From: Acidobacteriota bacterium
Lineage (GTDB): Bacteria > Acidobacteriota > Terriglobia > Terriglobales > SCQP01
NCBI GenBank assembly: GCA_027314025.1
Contig: DAHVCP010000040.1
Coordinates: 10,903-74,902, forward strand
Direction: 5' to 3'
DNA length: 64,000 nucleotides
The position numbers were made by a program, and so were the translations under genes. How positions within the stretch are numbered: the stretch's first letter is position 1; every line of letters starts with the position of its first letter. Below the pieces are notes generated by a model. It was not told the DNA's origin and did not search any database. It saw only the letters and a list, made by a program, of their open reading frames with translations. Below, piece after piece: positions 36,081-43,144 of the stretch.

Positions 36081-38303
36081 ATGTCCGGCGTAATCTCGGT
36101 TCGCGTCACACACCGCCCGCTCAAGTTCGCCTTCTGCGTCGCCGAAGGAGACTTTGACGCCCTCCGCCGTTCGATCCGCCTGACCTGCACGCTCTGGGGC
36201 GGTCGGTACAACCCAATCATCCCCATCGGGCCGGACCCGGCCGAGGCCAGGACCGCGATAACTGAGAGCTGCGCCGACCTCTTGGCTGAAATGAGCGGCA
36301 CGCCCGAGGTCCGGGTGCTCACTCGGTCAATGCCGTGGCTGAGGCCCGCTCTGACCCTCCGCGACATGTTTCATCAGGGCGGGCTCCTCGCATCTCCACC
36401 AGGAGCCGCCTACCTAGACGTCACCGAGCCGCTCCGCCGAAGAGGCAAGGCGATCGCCTCGGACCCTGAGGGCGCTGGCGGCTACGCAGCCCGGTTCCTA
36501 AACGCGATCCAGGTCGCCGGGAACAGCCGCGGCAACCTCAGCGACGCGATGCTCTGCATCTACGGGGACTACCCCGCCTTCCCCGGCGAGTGCCCGGTGG
36601 ACTATCGAGCAGCCGCCGAGCGAAGCGGAAACCCAATCAGCCAAATCGGAACCCAAGCGGACGGGTCAATCGCGGCGAACCTAGGCACCGCCTCGGCGGT
36701 CAGCATCACCACCTCGGACCTGAGCCTGGTGCGCACGGGGTTCCCAGAGGACGGCGACGGGATCCTTTTCGGCGAGCCCGACAACTTCCGCGACCTCCTG
36801 TACCTCTGGAACCTCCGAGCCGCCGGCCGCGACGTCATGCTCCTCCCCAGCCACGGACCGGAACGGACCCTTCCGATGCTGCGTTTCCCCGGACGCCCCG
36901 ACGGCCCGAGCCGGCAGCTCGCGATCTACTGCCGCCCGGACCACGCGCCAGAGCCCAACGCGGTCAAAGAGCTGTCGGGGCCCCATGAGATCGAATATCG
37001 GCAGCTTAGCCGGATTGCCTGCGCGCCAGCCGTCGCCGTTTTCAACGCCAACGCGGGGTTCGCTCTAGCGCAGCTCGACACCGGCCCTCCGCCACAGATC
37101 ACGGCGCCCCTCCAAACGGAGCTTTACCGATCCCCGGCGAACGAAACCCAGTTCCTCGCCGCATCCGTCCAGATCCCCGGGCCCACGCCTGGGTTCGTGC
37201 CCAGGCTCCCACCGATCCCGCGGCTCAACCCGTTCTATGGGCAGCACTTCGCCGGCCTCGCCCTGGCCCGCTCAACTGTCCTCGGCACCTCAGCCTCCGT
37301 CCAAGCGTGGGACCACCGGCTCGAAATATCTCCGCCGACGGCACGGGGCCTGCTCCACGCAGTACTCAAGCTCGCAGGAGCAAAGGCGAGGGCGAGCTCA
37401 GCGGGCAAGGTCGCTGAGCGGGCAATTGCCCAGATGGGCGGTCTCGAAGGGTGCGCGATATTCCGTGATCGGGGGGTCCGCGAGCTGCTGACAGGGGAGG
37501 GTTGGGGCAGGCCGTTCACACGCGAAAACGCGATAAATACCCTGAGACGAGCCCACGGCGGAGGACCCGACCGGAGCCGAGGCCGCCTACGAACCCTGCT
37601 GCAAAAGGGGGCCCTCGCACCGGGCATTCGCGTCAAATGCCCGGCATGCCAACTAAGGCGCTGGTACCGGCCCCGGTCGCTGGGCCGCTGGGCAACCTGT
37701 CCGTCGTGCGACCACCGCTTCAACCCCGCGCCGTTCCTGCCGGAGCGGGACCCGTGGGTGTACAACCGCTCCGGGGTCTTCGCCAGCACCCCAGCAAATG
37801 AAGGCGCCGTCCCCGTCGCGCTCGCCCTCCTAACGATCCTCGAGCACCACCCGGACACGATATGGGCGACGGGCACCGAGGTCGAACTCGCCACCAGCAC
37901 CTGCGAAGCCGACGCCCTGGCCCTCGTCCCCGCGCTCGACGGCCACGGGCTGCTGCTCATCGAATGCAAGACCGGCGGCGACGGCGCGGAGGCGCTCGCG
38001 AAGATGACGCCCCTTGCGCGGGATCTCCGCGCCGCCGAAATCCCAACGTTCTTGATGTTGGCGAAAGCGACTGGAGAAATCGGCCAAGCAGAGGCAGATG
38101 CCGCGCGCCGGATCAGCGACGCCCTCGGCGAGCCCGCCGTCGTGATGTTGGAGGCGCAGGACCTGGCCCCGCCGCCCGCGCAAGACACCGAACAGGGCGA
38201 ATTCCGGATCGAGGTTCCGCCGGACCCGTTCCCGTCGCTCAGCGAGTGGGCCGCGGACAGCGAAGCCCGGCATTACCCGGTCAATGCGCCCACAAGGCCA
38301 TAG
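36081..38303 (+). CDS. Hypothetical 740-aa protein: unknown N-terminal region + CxxC..CxxC zinc ribbon + PD-(D/E)XK-like nuclease core
   Basis: AGGAG (36065..36069) precedes ATG 36081. Zinc ribbon CPAC-x16-CPSC (37638..37709). It is followed by TCEADALALVPALDGHGLLLIECKTGG (D-x16-E-x-K, 37905..37970). No N-terminal family is recognised (WGGRYNPIIPIG motif). Rare codons (CTA, ATA, AGA, CGA, GGA, TCA) look frequent by eye. Confidence 0.6.
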   Translation: MSGVISVRVTHRPLKFAFCVAEGDFDALRRSIRLTCTLWGGRYNPIIPIGPDPAEARTAITESCADLLAEMSGTPEVRVLTRSMPWLRPALTLRDMFHQGGLLASPPGAAYLDVTEPLRRRGKAIASDPEGAGGYAARFLNAIQVAGNSRGNLSDAMLCIYGDYPAFPGECPVDYRAAAERSGNPISQIGTQADGSIAANLGTASAVSITTSDLSLVRTGFPEDGDGILFGEPDNFRDLLYLWNLRAAGRDVMLLPSHGPERTLPMLRFPGRPDGPSRQLAIYCRPDHAPEPNAVKELSGPHEIEYRQLSRIACAPAVAVFNANAGFALAQLDTGPPPQITAPLQTELYRSPANETQFLAASVQIPGPTPGFVPRLPPIPRLNPFYGQHFAGLALARSTVLGTSASVQAWDHRLEISPPTARGLLHAVLKLAGAKARASSAGKVAERAIAQMGGLEGCAIFRDRGVRELLTGEGWGRPFTRENAINTLRRAHGGGPDRSRGRLRTLLQKGALAPGIRVKCPACQLRRWYRPRSLGRWATCPSCDHRFNPAPFLPERDPWVYNRSGVFASTPANEGAVPVALALLTILEHHPDTIWATGTEVELATSTCEADALALVPALDGHGLLLIECKTGGDGAEALAKMTPLARDLRAAEIPTFLMLAKATGEIGQAEADAARRISDALGEPAVVMLEAQDLAPPPAQDTEQGEFRIEVPPDPFPSLSEWAADSEARHYPVNAPTRP

Positions 38304-38472
38304 CTCTGCCCAGGCAGCGCCCCGCCCGTTGCCGCCGCCGCGCCGGCGTGCCACAATGGCGGCGTCCGTGCCGCCTGGGCCGACGCCCAGACGTGCTTGG
38401 AGGTGGCCGATGAAAACCCATGCCTCGCGGGGAATGCTTGGCGAACCCGGGGCCCGCAACCCGCAGCGGTGG

Positions 38473-39198
38473 GTGTTGGGGCGGTTAGCCGCGCTGGGGC
38501 CCGCGCCCATCAATGTCGCGCTCGCCATCCTGGCTCTGCCCGCGATCCTCGCCGCCGCCGGCGCGCCGCGCTCGCGCCCCGCTGCCGGCCCCTATCCCGC
38601 GATGGCGCCGTTGCGCGAATACCTCATGCCCCGCCCCGCTGAAATCGCCTTGGCGCGCAGCGCCGCGCCTCCTTCCATTTCCGCCGCCGCCACGGTCATG
38701 GTGCTGACCCCGCGCGGCTACCGGACCGCCGCGCCCGGCCGCAATGGCTTTGTCTGCATCGTGGAGCGATCCTGGGACGCCAACCTGAATGAGGCGAAGT
38801 TCTGGAATCCCAAAATCCGCGGCCCGGTATGCTACAACCCGCCGGCGGCCAAGACCTTTCTACCCTTGGTCCTGATGCGAACCCGCCTGCTGCTCGCCGG
38901 CGACTCCAAACCCGCCATGGCCCGCGCCGTCACCGCCGCGCTGGCGGCAAAAACGCTGCCGCCGCTCGCCCCCGGCGCCATGTGCGTCATGCTGTCGCCG
39001 CGCCAGTTTTTGGGCGACCATGCGCAGCGCTGGCATCCCCACCTCATGGTGTTTGTTCCCGGCCGCGCGGGCCATTTTTGGGCCGCCAATCGCGCCGGCT
39101 CCCCGGTGCTGGCTTCCTATGACCCGCTCGATCGGCTGACGGTCGTGATCATTCCGGTCAGCCGTTGGTCCAACGGCGCGCCCGCGCCCCCGCTGTAA
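38473..39198 (+). CDS. Hypothetical exported protein (conserved unknown family)
   Basis: ORF 38284..39198. Signal-like INVALAILALPAILAAAGA, then EIALARSAAPPSIS..NGFVCIVERSW..FWNPKIRGPVCYN. The start is uncertain (GTG 38473). The N-terminal codons overlap an M1 repeat core (gctggggcccgcgccc). Confidence 0.55.
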   Translation: MLGRLAALGPAPINVALAILALPAILAAAGAPRSRPAAGPYPAMAPLREYLMPRPAEIALARSAAPPSISAAATVMVLTPRGYRTAAPGRNGFVCIVERSWDANLNEAKFWNPKIRGPVCYNPPAAKTFLPLVLMRTRLLLAGDSKPAMARAVTAALAAKTLPPLAPGAMCVMLSPRQFLGDHAQRWHPHLMVFVPGRAGHFWAANRAGSPVLASYDPLDRLTVVIIPVSRWSNGAPAPPL

Positions 39199-39368
39199 CG
39201 CCAGCTTCGTTTTTTCACCAAACTCGAACCGGCGCTCGGTTGGACTGGAGCAGGCTGCCGCCTATCTGGGGGAGACCGAGCACCGCGCACCGGGATGGCG
39301 CGGAGTCTCGCAGCAGGAGCGCGAAAACGACGACCGGCAGGAACGTTCAGGGCGAGCGGCGAGCCAGC

Positions 39369-39701
39369 CTACGCCGGCCCCGCGCCGTGCGCTCCGGCCC
39401 TCGGCGCCGCCGCGGGCACGGAAATATATGGCGCCTCCGGCATCAGGAACCACGCGACCAGATAGGCGATCGCCCCCGGCACCAGCCCCGTCAGCAGCGT
39501 GACGAAGGCCCATACGATGCGCACGATCGTCGGGTCCATGTCCCAATAATCGGCCAGTCCGGCGCAGACCCCGCCCAGCTTCTTATCCGTCGCCGACCGC
39601 ATCAGCCGCCGTCCCGGTCCGCCCGCTGCCTGCCGCGCCCCGCAATATTGGCAAAACTGCGCCCCTTCCCCGAGCTCCCTTTGGCATGACCTGCATCTCA
39701 T
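39369..39701 (-). CDS. PspC-domain membrane protein with N-terminal zinc ribbon
   Basis: MRCRSCQRELGEGAQFCQYCG (CxxC..CxxC), then LMRSATDKKLGGVCAGLADYWDMDPTIVRIVWAFVTLLTG (PspC domain). GGAGGA RBS. Confidence 0.8.
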   Translation of the reverse strand: MRCRSCQRELGEGAQFCQYCGARQAAGGPGRRLMRSATDKKLGGVCAGLADYWDMDPTIVRIVWAFVTLLTGLVPGAIAYLVAWFLMPEAPYISVPAAAPRAGAHGAGPA

Positions 39702-39880
39702 CGCTGTCCTCCGCGACTTCTACATTAGAGCTACGCTCGCCGCCGCCCGCATGTTCCACCCTCCTGCGGGCCCGCGCCGCCGCGCCGCTCCCACCTTCCT
39801 TATCGTGCCCATCTTACCCCCGGTCCCGCACTCGCTTCGCTTTGCCCATGCCGCCCGTGCCGGTGCTTCCCCGCCGCCGT

Positions 39881-40085
39881 GGAACGGGCTTTAGCCTGTG
39901 TGCTGTGGGCTTTAGCCCGCAGTTGCCAAGCAGCGCCGGTCTGCGGTGTGTGATCGCCGCGCGCCCGGCACGGATGCTCCCGCTGCCAGCGGAAATGGTG
40001 GGGCGTGCGTCCGCCTCGCGTGCGGGCGAGCCGGGCGCGTGAAAAGGCTTCTTGCAGCCTGTGCGCTGCGGGCTTTAGCACCCAG
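39881..40085. repeat. Mosaic intergenic hairpin repeats (M5 variants)
   Basis: Contains ggaacgggctttagcctgtgtgctgtgggctttagcccgcag, the reverse of ctgcgggctaaagcccacagcacaccggctgaagccggttcc at 55441 and 55667. Also contains gcagcctgtgcgctgcgggctttagc. Confidence 0.75.
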
Positions 40086-40226
40086 CCTCCCCGCCGCGTG
40101 CGGAAGGGCGGTCCGCGCCCCCAGCCTGTGCACCCCGCGCCCGCGCACTGCGACCACCCGCCAGCCCCTGCACGGCCGGCGTCCCTTCCTCTTGGCCGGC
40201 CCGCCGGTTTCGGTTAGTCTCACGGC

Positions 40227-41969
40227 ATGCCCCTGAGTCACTTCCGCAGTCACTCCCGGCCGGCCCCCGCCCGCCGCGCCCCGCTCCCCTTCGCCGCCGC
40301 CGCCCTCGCCGCCGCCGCCCTCGCCGCCTTCTTCTTCCTCGCCGCGCTCGCCGCCCCGCTCGCCGCCCAGTCCGCCGCCGCCTATCCGCCGCCGCATCTG
40401 GTGCGCCGTGGCAAAGTCATTCAGCTCATCGTCAACGGCCAGCCCTTTCTGATGCTGGCCGGCGAGCTGCACAATTCCAGCTCCTCCAGCCTGGCCTACA
40501 TGCGCCCCATCTGGCCGCGGCTGAAGGCCATGCACCTCAACACCGCCGTCGTCCCGCTCTCCTGGGAGCTGATCGAGCCGACCGAAGGCCACTATAATTG
40601 GCGGCTCCTCGACGGCCTGCTGCGCCAAGCCCGCGCCTACCATATGCACATCGTCTTCCTCTGGCTGGCCACCTGGAAGAACGGCCTCTCCAGCTATCCG
40701 CCCCTTTGGGTCAAGGAAAACACCACCCGCTTCCCCCGCGTCATCATCCGCGGCCGCCCCACCACCATCCTTTCCACCTTCGCCCCCGCCACCCGCCGCG
40801 CCGACGCCGCCGCCTTCGCCGCCGTCATGCGCCACATCCAGCAAGTGGACGGCGCCCAGCACACCGTTTTGATGATGCAGGTGGAAAACGAAGTCGGCAT
40901 CCTCGGCGCCGGCCGCGATCACTCCCCCGCCGCCAACCGCGCCTTCCAAGGTCCCGTCCCGCGCCGCCTGCTGCAATACCTCGCCGCCCACAAGACCGAA
41001 CTCAACGGCCATTTCCTCCGCTTCTGGCGCCGCCATGGCGCAAAAACCTCCGGCACTTGGCCGCAGGTCTTCGGCCGCGGCCCCCGCGCCGGCCAGGTCT
41101 TCATGGCCTGGTACTACGCACGCTTCATCAACGCCGTCGCCGCCGCCGGCAAGGCCCAATATTCCCTGCCCATGTACGTCAACACCTGGCTCGCCGGCCA
41201 AGGCGCGCCTCCGGGAACCTTCCCCAGCGGCGGCCCGCTGCCCTTCGTGCAGGATGTCTGGCGCGCCGCCGGCCATTCCATTGACATCTTTTCCCCCGAT
41301 CTCTACGCCTCCAACTTCGTCGCCTGGTGCCGCCGCTATCACCGCAACGGCAATCCCCTCTGGATGCCGGAAACCACCAACGGCCCCCGCGCCGCCGCCA
41401 ATGTCTTCTATGCCGTCGGCGAGGACGCCGCCCTCGGCTTCTCCCCCTTCGCCATTGACACGCCCTATCCCTACAACTCCGCCCGCGCCAATCCCCATTG
41501 GTTCTACGGCTCGGATATGAAGATCGCCCCGCCCACGCTGGCGGCAAGCTACCAAGCCCTGGCCGAACTCTGGCCCCGCATCCAGCGCGCCGAGCAAGCC
41601 GGCGCCATCCGCGGTTTCGTCCTCTCGCCATCGCAATCCCAGGTCGAGTTCGACCTCAACGGCTACCGCCTGCACGTTCAGCGCGACGCCCTTTTCGGCC
41701 GCGGCGTTCCTTCCGGCTTTGGCCTCATCATGGCCGACGGCCCCAACCGGTTCTTCGGCGTCGGCCGCGGCTTCCAGGTCACGTTCACTTCCCTCGGCCC
41801 CAGCGGCGACACCGTCGGCCTAGGCTGGGTGCAGGACGGCCGCATGCAAAATGGTCATTGGGTCGCCGGCCGCCGCCTCAACGGCGATGAGGATTCCCAG
41901 GGCCAGGATTGGCGCGTGGACGACACCCGCATCCACTTCGAAAAAGCCGCCGTCTACCGCACCCATTAG
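40227..41969 (+). CDS. GH35-like glycoside hydrolase with DUF5597-type C-terminal domain, signal peptide
   Basis: GQPFLMLAGELHNSSSSSLAYMRPIWPRLKAMHLNTAVVPLSWELIEPTEGHYNWRLLDGLL..IVFLWLATWKNGLSSYPPLWVK..QVENEVG. The N-terminal signal is A-rich. Confidence 0.75.
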   Translation: MPLSHFRSHSRPAPARRAPLPFAAAALAAAALAAFFFLAALAAPLAAQSAAAYPPPHLVRRGKVIQLIVNGQPFLMLAGELHNSSSSSLAYMRPIWPRLKAMHLNTAVVPLSWELIEPTEGHYNWRLLDGLLRQARAYHMHIVFLWLATWKNGLSSYPPLWVKENTTRFPRVIIRGRPTTILSTFAPATRRADAAAFAAVMRHIQQVDGAQHTVLMMQVENEVGILGAGRDHSPAANRAFQGPVPRRLLQYLAAHKTELNGHFLRFWRRHGAKTSGTWPQVFGRGPRAGQVFMAWYYARFINAVAAAGKAQYSLPMYVNTWLAGQGAPPGTFPSGGPLPFVQDVWRAAGHSIDIFSPDLYASNFVAWCRRYHRNGNPLWMPETTNGPRAAANVFYAVGEDAALGFSPFAIDTPYPYNSARANPHWFYGSDMKIAPPTLAASYQALAELWPRIQRAEQAGAIRGFVLSPSQSQVEFDLNGYRLHVQRDALFGRGVPSGFGLIMADGPNRFFGVGRGFQVTFTSLGPSGDTVGLGWVQDGRMQNGHWVAGRRLNGDEDSQGQDWRVDDTRIHFEKAAVYRTH

Positions 41970-42019
41970 CCCCCACAGGCCCCGCGGCGACGTGGCCCGC
42001 CGAGGGGTCGGCCCCAGCG

Positions 42020-43087
42020 TCAGCCCTGCCCAGCGCGGGCCGCGTCCCGCGCCTTGCGGAAGAACTCGGGGTCGGCGAGCACCTGTCCGCAAAGCCATTC
42101 CAAATAAGCCTCGCTGTACTTCCGAGGAGAAAACTGCGCGCGGTGCGAGTAGGTCGGGTCCTCGTCAACTGGATGAGTGCGGCGGACGCATTGAAGGTCG
42201 TGGCTGCTCACAACGCGCCCACCGAGCCGCTCCGCCAACCGCGCCTTAAGCTCTGTCTCACGATACGGGTATAGGCTGTCGGCCTGGACCACGCTCAGCG
42301 CAGGGGCGGCCTCATCCTTCGTCAGCCTGATGGCGGCTGCGCCTGGGCCCGCCAGCAGCGCAACGGAACCAGGTGCCTGCGCTGGCGAGTCCCCTCCAGC
42401 CGCCGGCGGGCCGGGTGTTGGCCGGGCCCCGTCGCTGTCCGAGATCCCATCCGCGATAACCACCACCCTGGAGCCGGGCGCCGCACCCACTACTTTGCCT
42501 ATCCCATCGAGCCAGAACCTCTTCACCGTTTCAAGCTCACGCTCGAGGGCGAGGCGAAGATCCTCGCTGGTCCCAGGCTCGCTCTTCGCACCGTGGCGAA
42601 AATACACCGCCCCCCTGGCAAACGCGCTCTTCTGGCCGGGCCCGACGGGGTAGGAACCGGGGGCGGTAAAAACGATCGGAATCCTGGAGCCCCGGACGTG
42701 GAGGACGCCGACGCGCTCGCCGCGCCGGAGGCCGAAGGCAAGGCTGAACGCGGCAAAGTGCTGGCCGGTGTAGGAGTGGATCTTGTTCGTGAAGTCGGCA
42801 GGGTCCACTTCGAGCATCGCGTCGGCACCACCCCTGCGCACACGGCCGTCGTCAGCCACGCCGACCAGGATGGTGCCCCCGCCGGAGTTAGCCATCGCAA
42901 CGATGTCCTTGATTAGCTCGCACCAGTCACGCAGGGACCCTGGGTCGAACGACTCCTTGAAATCCAGCTCGGCGCGCTCGGCGTCCACCGAATCCAGCTC
43001 GGACCCACCAAGATCGCGGGCATCGCACATAAGTCCGCCCGCAATTGGGGCGCTAACAATGATGCGCGCCAGGGCCGCGGGATTCAA
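42020..43087 (-). CDS. AlbA_2 (Schlafen-like) domain protein with unknown C-terminal domain
   Basis: ERAELDFKESFDPGSLRDWCELIKDIVAMANSGGGTILVGVADDGRV fits the E-x-E/D-FK...aNt-GG-x-l-x-GV-x-D-x-G AlbA_2 pattern. The C-terminal ~130 aa are unassigned. An alternative start lies at ATG 43030. Confidence 0.7.
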   Translation of the reverse strand: MNPAALARIIVSAPIAGGLMCDARDLGGSELDSVDAERAELDFKESFDPGSLRDWCELIKDIVAMANSGGGTILVGVADDGRVRRGGADAMLEVDPADFTNKIHSYTGQHFAAFSLAFGLRRGERVGVLHVRGSRIPIVFTAPGSYPVGPGQKSAFARGAVYFRHGAKSEPGTSEDLRLALERELETVKRFWLDGIGKVVGAAPGSRVVVIADGISDSDGARPTPGPPAAGGDSPAQAPGSVALLAGPGAAAIRLTKDEAAPALSVVQADSLYPYRETELKARLAERLGGRVVSSHDLQCVRRTHPVDEDPTYSHRAQFSPRKYSEAYLEWLCGQVLADPEFFRKARDAARAGQG

Positions 43088-43144
43088 GCGGCGCCCCCGC
43101 CTCTGCCCGTCCCTCGTCCCTAGGGTCTCTGCTTATCGCCCCGC

